Shown: positions 1 through 8,543 of the stretch, piece after piece
Numbering within the stretch: the stretch's first letter is position 1
Layout of the letters: the number at the start of each line of letters is the position of its first letter
Assembly (NCBI GenBank): GCA_964649535.1
Contig: CAZYTF010000002.1
Location: 1 to 44,743 of the forward strand
Direction of reading: 5' to 3'
Source of the DNA: an uncultured Candidatus Saccharibacteria bacterium
Lineage (GTDB): Bacteria; Patescibacteriota; Minisyncoccia; Phycocordibacterales; UBA918
DNA length: 44,743 bases
The notes under the pieces: generated by a model
Databases searched by the model: none
What the model saw: the letters and a program-made list of their open reading frames with translations, nothing else
What the model was told of the DNA's origin: nothing
Position numbers and translations under genes: made by a program

Positions 1-1
1 C

Positions 2-2089
2 AGAACTCGTCATGTGTACGTGATTGGAAAAACAGGAATGGGAAAGTCAACACTGCTCGAGAACATGGCTATTCAGGATATTGAAAATGGAAACGGTATT
101 GCTTTTATCGACCCACATGGGCAGACTGCTGAGACGCTTCTTGACTATATTCCAGAAGAACGGAAAAAAGATGTGCTTTATTTTGCACCGTTTGATACCG
201 ACTACCCAGTTTCATTTAACGTCATGGAAGATGTGGGTCCGGACAGGCGTCATCCTGTGGTGTCAGGGCTTATGTCAGTGTTTAAGAAAATTTGGGTTGA
301 TGCATGGTCAGCTCGAATGGAATATATCCTTTCAAACACTCTACTTGCACTTCTTGAGTATCCGGACTCAACTCTCCTCGGAGTAAACAGGATGCTTTCC
401 GATAAAGGATATAGAAAAAAAGTAGTCGAGAACATTACAGACCCCGCAGTCCGTTCTTTTTGGGTAGATGAGTTTGCAAACTACAACGAACGGTATATGC
501 AGGAGGCAGGGGACGCTATCAAGAACAAGATTGGTCAGTTTACAAGCAATCCTCTGATTCGAAATATTGTAGGTCAGCCAAAATCGAGTTTTGATATCCG
601 TGAGATTATGGATGATAAAAAAATCCTTATCATGAACCTTTCGAAAGGCCTTGTTGGTGAGCAAAATGCAAATCTTTTGGGTTCGATGCTTACGACACGT
701 ATCTACCTCGCCGCGATGAGTCGCGCAAACCTTTCTAATCTTGAGCTTCAGAAGGCCCCGAACTTTTATTTTTATGTTGATGAGTTCCAGTCGTTTGCAA
801 ACGCTACGTTTGCCGACATTCTTTCAGAAGCACGTAAATACAAGCTTAATCTTACTATTGCCCATCAGTATATTGAACAAATGGAAGAAGAGGTTCGTAA
901 TGCAGTTTTTGGCAACGTCGGGACAATTATTGCGTTTCGTGTGGGGCCATTTGATGCGGAAGTGCTGGAAAGCATCTTTACTCCAAAATTCCTTGCTCCA
1001 GATATTGTCAATCTCGGATTTGCGCAGGTGTATTTGACGCTTATGATTGATGGCATTGGGAGTCAACCATTTTCTGCTACAACACTTCCTCCTATCGCAT
1101 CACCTGAGGTTTCATTCAAAGAGATTGTGGTAAATATGAGTCGCAAGCAGTTTGCACATCCGCGCTCTGGCGTGGAGGCAGTGATTAACGCTTGGCATAG
1201 TGCAAAAGATATTCCGGGGAAACCAAATGATACAAAAAATGGTGCTAACGGAGCAAAGCGAGACTATAAAAAACCGCTTCAAAGTAGCAATAGTTTTGTG
1301 CGTAAAGAGTCGCCTACTAATAGAAGTGTTTCAAATGCGAGTAGTGCGCGAATTATAAACAATGATTCTGAAAAAAAAGAAAGCCAGCCAAGGAGAGAGT
1401 ATAAGCGTAGCGACACAGTAAGTCAGAATCGAACTAGTGAGGGAAATAGAAATGTTCAAAGGACTAATGATTCTGAAAAACCTGCACAATCAATCAGGCA
1501 GGAGCGCAGTGATGATCCTCGTAAAAATGAAAAGAGACTTGAAGATCTTCGCTCTATACTTAAGAATCTGACCAAGAACGATGCAGTCACTCAGAAAAGT
1601 GACAAACCTGAACAGCCAAGAAGACCAGAGCAGCGTACTCCGAGAGATGCTAGGGACACGCAAAAAACGATTCCAAAAAAAGACATTGAGGCTGTAGTTG
1701 CACCAACATCAACATCAACACCAGCGTCTACACCAATGCGGACGCCCGCACAAGAAGCTGCGATTCCAAAAAAATCAGAGCCGACACTAAAGGATGCTCT
1801 TGCGCAGGCACTTGGAGGTGTTGAAGTGGCTACGCTAAATAATCAAAAAGCTGATAATCAGTCAGTAGAAAAAGAATCGGAAAAAGTTGAGCGGAACGAT
1901 AAAATCAAAACACCCGTTTTGACAGAGAAGCCTTATTCGAAACCACAACCACAACCACAACCGCAGTCAAAACCAAAGCCTGCGGCTCAGCAAGAGCGCC
2001 AAGCTCCTTTAAAAGAAGACCCGCTATCTCCAAAGAAACTTGAGCGCATGATGCGTATTACTGGTAACGACAGGACACCTCTGAAGTAA
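2..2089 (+). CDS. Type IV coupling protein-like P-loop ATPase (TrwB/TraD/VirD4 family). 5'-truncated by the window edge, with a low-complexity C-terminal tail of about 300 aa.
   Basis: The frame is open from nt 2 (RTRH precedes the listed GTG at 14), so the N-terminus lies outside the window. Walker A context RH-VYVIGKTGMGKSTLL is followed by IAFIDPHG. Walker B-like FYFYVDEFQSF and LTIAHQYIEQ fit the TrwB/TraD ATPase-domain layout. From about aa 400 the sequence is K/E/S/P/Q/R/T-rich and includes PQPQPQPQ. Confidence 0.7.
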   Translation, partial: RTRHVYVIGKTGMGKSTLLENMAIQDIENGNGIAFIDPHGQTAETLLDYIPEERKKDVLYFAPFDTDYPVSFNVMEDVGPDRRHPVVSGLMSVFKKIWVDAWSARMEYILSNTLLALLEYPDSTLLGVNRMLSDKGYRKKVVENITDPAVRSFWVDEFANYNERYMQEAGDAIKNKIGQFTSNPLIRNIVGQPKSSFDIREIMDDKKILIMNLSKGLVGEQNANLLGSMLTTRIYLAAMSRANLSNLELQKAPNFYFYVDEFQSFANATFADILSEARKYKLNLTIAHQYIEQMEEEVRNAVFGNVGTIIAFRVGPFDAEVLESIFTPKFLAPDIVNLGFAQVYLTLMIDGIGSQPFSATTLPPIASPEVSFKEIVVNMSRKQFAHPRSGVEAVINAWHSAKDIPGKPNDTKNGANGAKRDYKKPLQSSNSFVRKESPTNRSVSNASSARIINNDSEKKESQPRREYKRSDTVSQNRTSEGNRNVQRTNDSEKPAQSIRQERSDDPRKNEKRLEDLRSILKNLTKNDAVTQKSDKPEQPRRPEQRTPRDARDTQKTIPKKDIEAVVAPTSTSTPASTPMRTPAQEAAIPKKSEPTLKDALAQALGGVEVATLNNQKADNQSVEKESEKVERNDKIKTPVLTEKPYSKPQPQPQPQSKPKPAAQQERQAPLKEDPLSPKKLERMMRITGNDRTPLK

Positions 2090-2090
2090 C

Positions 2091-3467
2091 ATGTATCGAG
2101 TTTGGCGCATACTACTTGTAGCTCTTGCGTTGCCAACTGCCGCCAATGCAGCGATTGTTATGAATGAAGTTGCCTGGATGGGGACAGATATTTCAGCAAA
2201 TGATGAATGGATCGAGCTTCTAAACACAGTGGACACTAATGTCGCTTTGGATGGATGGGTATTAGATGATGGCATGAATTTGGAAATTCCATTGACCGGA
2301 AGCTTGGCTTCAGGTCAATATGCCGTTCTTGAGAGAACCGATGACTCCTCAGCGCCTGGGTCAGCATTTTTAATTTACACAGGTGCACTTACAAACACTG
2401 GAGCAACACTCACCTTGTTTCGTTCAGATGGCGCAATAGAAGACAGGATTGTCGGCGGTGAAAATTGGGAGCAAATCGGTGGTGATAACGTAACTAAAGA
2501 AACTGGACAATATACGGAGAAGGGCTGGATAACTGCTGTTGCGACACCGGGAACGTCGAATGCTATGTCAGAGACTATTAAAAACTCAGAAGAGTCTGGG
2601 GAGGGCGATATTTCGAGCGCAAAAACATCCAAGCGTGAACGAGTGAGTTTGGTTTTATCAGATGCAGAACTTTCACTTTCTGTTGAAGCTCCGAATACAG
2701 TGTATGTACGTCAGCCGGTGTATTTCGAAGTGGAACCTTCAGGTTTGGGTGAGGTTATCATGGATTCTCTTAGTTACGAGTGGAACTTTGGTGATATGCA
2801 CACCGCAGCTGGCAAAGAAGTCGTGCATACGTTCCAATATCCTGGAGAGTACGTTGTGACGGTGCGTGGCACGTACGCACGACATGAACAAATTGCTCGA
2901 ATGAATGTAGTTGTCCTTCCGGTGAAATTTTCAATTACAAAGAATCTCCGTGGTGATATTCAAATACACAACGACGCACGATATGAGGTTACTATTTCAG
3001 GGTATACGCTTGTCGGAGAAAAGTCATTTGTGTTTCCTGCACAGACCATTATGCTTCCAGGTGCAACAATCACCGTTCCAAAAGAGGTGTTGGGTACTCT
3101 GAACAAGAAGCAAATACAGTTGCTTGATATTGAGCACACACTTGCAGTGGCGTATAACTCAGAAATGCAGAGTGGTTCGTTACCTACTGTGGCGCAAGAA
3201 ATAACCACATCGAAATCTATGTCTCTGGTCACTTCAAATCCAAGCTCAGATGATTTTGTGTTTGACAGGGAGGAAATCTTTAGTGATGAGGATGCAGCGT
3301 CTACTTTAGAAGTGGAAAGTGCCACTTCTTCAGCAACTCCTAGCCCCGTTGCAACAGTAGCAGTGTCTGGAGGTATTCCTAAAGAAGCCTTTCCGTTTAT
3401 CGGACTTATAGGTGTTATGACGCTTGGTATTTTCAGTGTATATGCTACTGGACGTAAAAAAATATAA
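2091..3467 (+). CDS. Secreted, C-terminally membrane-anchored protein with a lamin-tail domain (LTD) and a PKD-like domain
   Basis: Signal peptide MYRVWRILLVALALPTAANA. LTD signature IVMNEVAWMG...ANDEWIELLN...TNTGATLTLF. PKD-like YEWNFGDMHTAAGKEVVHTFQYPGEYVVTVRG. Terminal hydrophobic helix FPFIGLIGVMTLGIFSVYA followed by GRKKI. Starts 1 nt after the upstream stop. Confidence 0.8.
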   Translation: MYRVWRILLVALALPTAANAAIVMNEVAWMGTDISANDEWIELLNTVDTNVALDGWVLDDGMNLEIPLTGSLASGQYAVLERTDDSSAPGSAFLIYTGALTNTGATLTLFRSDGAIEDRIVGGENWEQIGGDNVTKETGQYTEKGWITAVATPGTSNAMSETIKNSEESGEGDISSAKTSKRERVSLVLSDAELSLSVEAPNTVYVRQPVYFEVEPSGLGEVIMDSLSYEWNFGDMHTAAGKEVVHTFQYPGEYVVTVRGTYARHEQIARMNVVVLPVKFSITKNLRGDIQIHNDARYEVTISGYTLVGEKSFVFPAQTIMLPGATITVPKEVLGTLNKKQIQLLDIEHTLAVAYNSEMQSGSLPTVAQEITTSKSMSLVTSNPSSDDFVFDREEIFSDEDAASTLEVESATSSATPSPVATVAVSGGIPKEAFPFIGLIGVMTLGIFSVYATGRKKI

Positions 3468-3501
3468 CTAATTAGGTGTTTTTTTGGTACTATAGAGCAA
3501 T

Positions 3502-4353
3502 ATGGCTAACACAATACTGGTAACTGGTGGTGCAGGATTTATAGGCTCGCATCTATGTGAACGTCTCCAGAAAGAAGGGAATACTGTTATATCACTAGAT
3601 AATTACTTTACTGGCTTAAAAGAGAATCACGTTGCTGGGGTAAAGTATATTGATGGCGATACCCGAGACATAGAAGCACATGTAGATTTTACTCCTGACA
3701 TTGTCTATCACTTGGGGGAGTATCCTCGTGTTGAACAAAGTTTTGGTGATGTCGAAATTACAATGAAGTTTAATGTACAAGGGACGCAGGCCGTACTTGA
3801 GTTTTGTCGTAACAAAGAATGTAAGTTGTTATACGCTGGTTCAAGTACTAAATTCGCCGATGGCGGTATTGGTAGAAATCAAAGTCCTTATGCATGGACA
3901 AAAGCGAGTAACACTGAACTTGTACAAAACTACGGTGAGTGGTTTGGACTTAAGTATGCCATTACCTATTTCTACAATGTGTATGGTCCACGTGAGCGAG
4001 GTGATCAGCAGACGGGGTCACTGATAGGTATCTATAGGGAGTTACAGACCCGTGGTGAAAAATTATCAGTACGATTACCAGGTACCCAAAAAAGAAATTT
4101 TACGCACGTGTCTGATATTGTTGAGGGGCTTATACTCGTTGGAGAAAAAGGGGAGGGTGACGAATATGGTCTTGGGCATGAGGATGCTTACTCTGTTTTA
4201 GAAATCGCAGAGATGTTTGGTGGTGAGATTGAAATGCTTCCTGACAGGCCTGGGAACCGTAATGCATCAGAACCTGATACTCGTCGGGCTCGGCTAGAGC
4301 TTGGGTGGTCTCCAAAACAAAATCTGCCAGAGTATATTAAAAGCATTCTATGA
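3502..4353 (+). CDS. NAD-dependent sugar-nucleotide epimerase/dehydratase (extended SDR)
   Basis: Rossmann motif VTGGAGFIGSHL at the N-terminus and catalytic YxxxK (SPYAWTK). Sits in the glycan locus. Confidence 0.8.
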   Translation: MANTILVTGGAGFIGSHLCERLQKEGNTVISLDNYFTGLKENHVAGVKYIDGDTRDIEAHVDFTPDIVYHLGEYPRVEQSFGDVEITMKFNVQGTQAVLEFCRNKECKLLYAGSSTKFADGGIGRNQSPYAWTKASNTELVQNYGEWFGLKYAITYFYNVYGPRERGDQQTGSLIGIYRELQTRGEKLSVRLPGTQKRNFTHVSDIVEGLILVGEKGEGDEYGLGHEDAYSVLEIAEMFGGEIEMLPDRPGNRNASEPDTRRARLELGWSPKQNLPEYIKSIL

Positions 4354-5498
4354 ATCGGATACTCATATTTTCAAATGATGACCACCTGTATCCAGCAGGA
4401 GGTGCGGAGCAAGCATTCGGCAATATTACTAAACGACTTCCACATATTGCATTTGATTTAGTGTGCGCAAAGTTGCGTAGAGGTGCCAAAAGATATGAAA
4501 AAGTTGGGAATGTGTCTATACATCGAGTTGGTATTGGGGTCCCAAAAATAGACGGCGTCATTCTCGCTTTGTTCGGGCAGTATCGTGCTTACAGGCTTTT
4601 GAAGAAGTATGAATATAGTCTGATTTGGTCAATCATGGCAACGTATGGGGCTTTCCCTGCAGTACGTGTTAAAAAGAAAACAGGACTGCCATTTCTACTT
4701 ACTCTACAGGAGGGTGATTCATTTGAATACATATATAAAAAAGTACGCTTCGTGCGTAAACAGTTTGACGAGATTTTTAGCGTTGCTGATGGTGTCCAAG
4801 CTATCTCGAACTACCTTTTAAACTGGGGTACTGAGATGGGGTATAAGGGAGTCTATGGACAGGTGATTCCAAATGGAGTTGCTATTGATGCGTTTGCCAA
4901 GTTTTTTCATGAGGGGGAGATACAGAAGAGGCGGGAAGCCTTCGGCTTCCCGCCGGACGCAACGGTGCTGTTTACAAGCTCACGTCTCGAAAAGAAAAAT
5001 GGCATCGCCGATGTTATCGAGGCACTTGCAAGATTCCCCGAGAATGTTTGTTTTGTGGTGTGCGGGAGTGGCTCACTTGAAAAAGAGTTACAAGAAAAGG
5101 TGCTACGTTTGGGGCTTACTGACCGTGTACGGTTCATGGGCTTTGTTGAGCCGACTGACTTGCCGCTACTCATGAAAGCATCGGATATATTTATTCGCCC
5201 ATCACTTACCGAAGGTCTAGGAAACGCATTCTTAGAGGCGATGGCTTCACGTATGATTGTGATTGGCACCAACGCAGGAGGTATCCCTGATTTTCTCGAG
5301 GATGGAGTGACAGGATTTATTGTTGGCATCGAAAATGTGGATAGTATAGTCAGTGCAATTAAAAAGGTGCAAACACTTCCTGAAACTGAAAAATTATTAA
5401 TCCTCGATACTGCTGAAGTAATGGTCAGAGAAAAATACAATTGGGAAACTGTTGCAAAAGACATGGAGCAGTTGTTTAATGAGCTCGTTGTAACGTAA
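4350..5498 (+). CDS. Glycosyltransferase, GT4 (GT-B fold)
   Basis: C-terminal half has GSGSLEKELQ...RVRFMGFV...PSLTEGLGNAFLEAMASRMIVIGTNAGGIPDF, an E-x7-E type motif. The ATGA start overlaps the upstream stop. Confidence 0.85.
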   Translation: MNRILIFSNDDHLYPAGGAEQAFGNITKRLPHIAFDLVCAKLRRGAKRYEKVGNVSIHRVGIGVPKIDGVILALFGQYRAYRLLKKYEYSLIWSIMATYGAFPAVRVKKKTGLPFLLTLQEGDSFEYIYKKVRFVRKQFDEIFSVADGVQAISNYLLNWGTEMGYKGVYGQVIPNGVAIDAFAKFFHEGEIQKRREAFGFPPDATVLFTSSRLEKKNGIADVIEALARFPENVCFVVCGSGSLEKELQEKVLRLGLTDRVRFMGFVEPTDLPLLMKASDIFIRPSLTEGLGNAFLEAMASRMIVIGTNAGGIPDFLEDGVTGFIVGIENVDSIVSAIKKVQTLPETEKLLILDTAEVMVREKYNWETVAKDMEQLFNELVVT

Positions 5499-5503
5499 CT
5501 AAT

Positions 5504-6685
5504 ATGTCCGTACTTATTTTAGATGGGCACTTAAAAAGCTCACTTGCAGTAGTTCGCTCGCTTGGGAAAGCAGGGGAGTTTGTTGTTTGTGGAGGCGAAC
5601 GAAGAACAGCTATGGCTCTTTCAAGCAGATACGCAAAAGAAAGATTTGTATATGTATCACCAAAAATAAATCAACAAGGTTTTGTTGATGCTGTCCGCAC
5701 TGAGGCGAGTAGGTTATTAGAGGAAACAGGAGAGCGTCCTGTAGTCTTTTGTTTTTCTGATGCTACACACTTGTCACTCGCACGCGCATATAGTCAACTG
5801 AAAGATGTGCTTGTGTTTCCGCTCCCCCCGCACGAACCCCGGGAGGTTGCGTTCGATAAAGAAAAAACACACACGTATGCAGAAACACTGAATATTCCAA
5901 CCATCCGATGCTATCAACCATCCGAGTTTTTGGAGGTAGCATTCCCTGCGGTAGTAAAAGCTCGACACAGTATGGTTTGGAAAGAAGGAAAGGGTATCGC
6001 GGGGACAGCAGTTTTTGTATTTTCTTATGAAGAGCTTGTGTCTGTATTTAAAAAAGTAAAAGAAGAGACAGGTGAGTCGCCCCTTGTGCAGGAGTTTATT
6101 GAGGGAGATGAATATGGTGTGGAGTGTGTCTGTAAAGGTGGGCGGATATTGGAGCAGTTTTCTCATAAGCGTATCCGCTCTTTGTCACCACGAGGAGGAG
6201 CTGCAGTTGTGAAGGAGACTGCTCCTGATTCAAAAGAGGCTGAGCTTATGCGACGTTATGCAGAAGTGCTCTTGCATGAATTGCAGTGGACAGGTCCTGC
6301 AATGGTAGAGTTTAAAATTGATAATCGTGATGGTTCAATAAGGTTGATGGAGATAAATGGTCGCTTTTGGGGGTCACTTCCACTTGCGATTCACGCGGGG
6401 GCACATTTTCCGCTCGTGTACATGAAGCTTGCCGAGGGTATTGAAGTGAAAAACAAAAATATTTTTGTGCCGAGTTATGTACGCACTCGCCACTTCCTTG
6501 GTGACGTTAAATGGCTATTGACTGTTCTTTTTGCAAATGATCAGCTTCGCAAACAACTGTATCCGTCACGTTTAAAAGCAATTTGGGATTTTAAAATTGA
6601 AATATGTAGGTCGAGAGGAGATATATTCGATATTAGAGATTTGAAGCCAAGCTTTATGGAATATATTGATATACTAAGAAAATAA
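5504..6685 (+). CDS. ATP-grasp domain carboxylate-amine ligase-like protein
   Basis: PLVQEFIEGDEYGVECV and MVEFKIDNRDGSIRLMEINGRFWGSLPL match the ATP-grasp core (E-x-N-x-R-f-w-g-s). Confidence 0.75.
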   Translation: MSVLILDGHLKSSLAVVRSLGKAGEFVVCGGERRTAMALSSRYAKERFVYVSPKINQQGFVDAVRTEASRLLEETGERPVVFCFSDATHLSLARAYSQLKDVLVFPLPPHEPREVAFDKEKTHTYAETLNIPTIRCYQPSEFLEVAFPAVVKARHSMVWKEGKGIAGTAVFVFSYEELVSVFKKVKEETGESPLVQEFIEGDEYGVECVCKGGRILEQFSHKRIRSLSPRGGAAVVKETAPDSKEAELMRRYAEVLLHELQWTGPAMVEFKIDNRDGSIRLMEINGRFWGSLPLAIHAGAHFPLVYMKLAEGIEVKNKNIFVPSYVRTRHFLGDVKWLLTVLFANDQLRKQLYPSRLKAIWDFKIEICRSRGDIFDIRDLKPSFMEYIDILRK

Positions 6686-6686
6686 T

Positions 6687-7484
6687 ATGAAATACAAGGG
6701 CGTTATACACATGCATTCAACGTACTCCTATGATGGGAAATTGAGTTTAATAGAGCTCAAGAATTTCCTTGTTAGACAAGGAATCTCATTTTGCTGCATG
6801 ACAGAACATACTGATGAAATGACTTTTGACGCAGCACATGCGTTTGTTACTGAGTGTAAGAAACTTTCTGACGGCTCGTTTGTGTTTATTCCAGGGTTTG
6901 AAGTGCCGTATAAAGATGCACATATACTGCATATTGGTGCTGAAGAGTTTGTTTGTCAATTTGCAGATGCGGAGCAACTTTCCGCATGGCGGAAAGTTGC
7001 TCCGCTTGTAGTGCTTGCCCACCCTGTGCGAAATAAATTCACGTTAGACAGTGCCATGGAGTCAACGATTGACGGTGTTGAAGTTTGGAATCAACAGTAT
7101 GAAGGGAAGTTCGCACCACGGGTACGGTCCCTGAAGTTGCTTAAAAAACTGCGGAGAAAAACAGGGTGCCTCTTCGCTACTGGTGGACTCGACCTGCACA
7201 GAGAAGAGCACTTCGGCGCACCGCTTACTACTATTGAAATTGATTCACTGAGTCAACAAAATATTCTGAGGGCATTAACTGATGGTGCGTATACTTTTGG
7301 CAATGATTCGTACAGTTTGTCTTCAGAAGGCAGTCTTCAGAAGGGGGGTGTCTTTTCAGTGCACTATAAAAGTGCATTTTCGATTTTGATTATTACTCTT
7401 GGCAAATTCGTAAATAAAACGTTAGCTAATCTAGGTTTGTCCTTGCCCCCAGGAGTACGGCAAACTATTCGGACAAGGTTTTAG
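6687..7484 (+). CDS. PHP-domain metal-dependent phosphoesterase
   Basis: N-terminal GVIHMHSTYSYDG and CMTEHTD His/Asp clusters are typical of PHP (polymerase/histidinol phosphatase) domains. Starts 1 nt after the ATP-grasp stop. Confidence 0.7.
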   Translation: MKYKGVIHMHSTYSYDGKLSLIELKNFLVRQGISFCCMTEHTDEMTFDAAHAFVTECKKLSDGSFVFIPGFEVPYKDAHILHIGAEEFVCQFADAEQLSAWRKVAPLVVLAHPVRNKFTLDSAMESTIDGVEVWNQQYEGKFAPRVRSLKLLKKLRRKTGCLFATGGLDLHREEHFGAPLTTIEIDSLSQQNILRALTDGAYTFGNDSYSLSSEGSLQKGGVFSVHYKSAFSILIITLGKFVNKTLANLGLSLPPGVRQTIRTRF

Positions 7485-8469
7485 TGAGTTCTTCTATATC
7501 TCGCATATTTTTACTCCCCATGTCGTATTCCTCTTTGAGTGTTTTGTAGTGATTTAAAAGTTCCATGAGGTTTTGCATGTTTTCTTTTCGATTTGAACCA
7601 AAGTTGTGAGGATGCCACCATAGGTGAAAAATTTCTCCATACTTTGCAGCATGGGTCATCGCTCTCTTGATGCGTCTCAGTCGTAGTGTTTCCAAAAAAC
7701 GAAGACTCTGTGAATAAGGACGCAAGAAGCGACTTGCAGGGATATTCGTAAGTAGCGTTTCTTTGGTTTTTGTAAGAGGGTACGTGTGATTGCCGCTTAT
7801 ATTTATGTAGTGATCGAGTAAACGTAAGCCTCTGATAAAAAGATTTGTTTGCGCTGACTCTTTTCGTGCGTTATATAAAAAATGTTTTTCTGTACCACGG
7901 TATGCGGTTATGCCGTTTTCTTTACAAATTTTTAAAGCGGTGTTGTTTGTTTGATTTCGCGGGAAGATGATAGACGACGGTGAGGTGGTGTAGTCCGTAA
8001 CTACAGTACGCATTGCTTTACAATCGGCAGCAAAAATAGCTCCGCTGTTTTTGCTGCCGTCGATACAATAGTAGTGAGAAAAAGTGTGACTCGCCAGTTC
8101 CTGACCTTTAGTCTCCAGAATCTGGTTTATAAGTGATGCTCCAAAATGATGCGGGTCTTCAAATTCATCTGCGCCGATGTATGAGTTCTCAATATGGTGG
8201 TAACTTGAAAGTTCTGGGTTGCTGTATTCTGGCTGCAATGATTTTTCTGGGAGTGCCGCAAGGAGTGCAGTTTTGTTTTTGTGCATAAGCATGCCGACAG
8301 TCGCCCATGTTGCATGAATATCATTTGCTTCAAAAAGTGCAAGAAGTTCTGGAATTACTGTGTGTACAGACTTAATATTCTCACCATATACAGGAAGGGA
8401 AACTTTATCGAACATCCCCCAGTAGAGCTCAAAATCGAGTGAAATTACGAAATATCCTTGTTTTGACAT
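7465..8469 (-). CDS. Polysaccharide deacetylase family protein (CE4-like)
   Basis: FVISLDFELYWGM (Asp/Glu metal-site motif), ASHTFSH (H-[ST]-x-x-H) and FHLWWHPHNF. I prefer the ATG at 8469 (MSKQGYF...) to the listed TTG at 8529. The 3' end overlaps the convergent PHP gene by 20 nt. Confidence 0.7.
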   Translation of the reverse strand: MSKQGYFVISLDFELYWGMFDKVSLPVYGENIKSVHTVIPELLALFEANDIHATWATVGMLMHKNKTALLAALPEKSLQPEYSNPELSSYHHIENSYIGADEFEDPHHFGASLINQILETKGQELASHTFSHYYCIDGSKNSGAIFAADCKAMRTVVTDYTTSPSSIIFPRNQTNNTALKICKENGITAYRGTEKHFLYNARKESAQTNLFIRGLRLLDHYINISGNHTYPLTKTKETLLTNIPASRFLRPYSQSLRFLETLRLRRIKRAMTHAAKYGEIFHLWWHPHNFGSNRKENMQNLMELLNHYKTLKEEYDMGSKNMRDIEELTKTLSE

Positions 8470-8543
8470 ACTCAAAATATACAGTGAATTATGTTTTTTG
8501 TATATGTATTGCGTACCATTTTGTCTCAATCTGTGGTTAGATT

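Noticed and set aside
24-1066. Several 60-120 aa ORFs in alternative frames and on the opposite strand within the first 1.1 kb
   Set aside because: They are fully embedded in the ATPase CDS, which carries clear Walker motifs. They have no motifs of their own.
4907-5464. A 185-aa antisense ORF within the GT4 gene. Similar long antisense ORFs occur in murB (33547-33984, 34024-34458), the PAPS synthase gene (27479-27904), obg (38918-39283) and elsewhere.
   Set aside because: These are shadow ORFs opposite well-supported genes in the more GC-rich segments. Their translations are low-complexity Ser/Pro/Thr/Ala-rich and lack family motifs.
8470-8529. The longer deacetylase start at 8529 given in the ORF track
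   Set aside because: That codon is TTG and adds 20 residues (MRQNGTQYIYKKHNSLYILS) with no family resemblance. The ATG at 8469 begins the conserved MSKQGYFVISLDFE block and leaves a sensible divergent promoter gap to yvcK.
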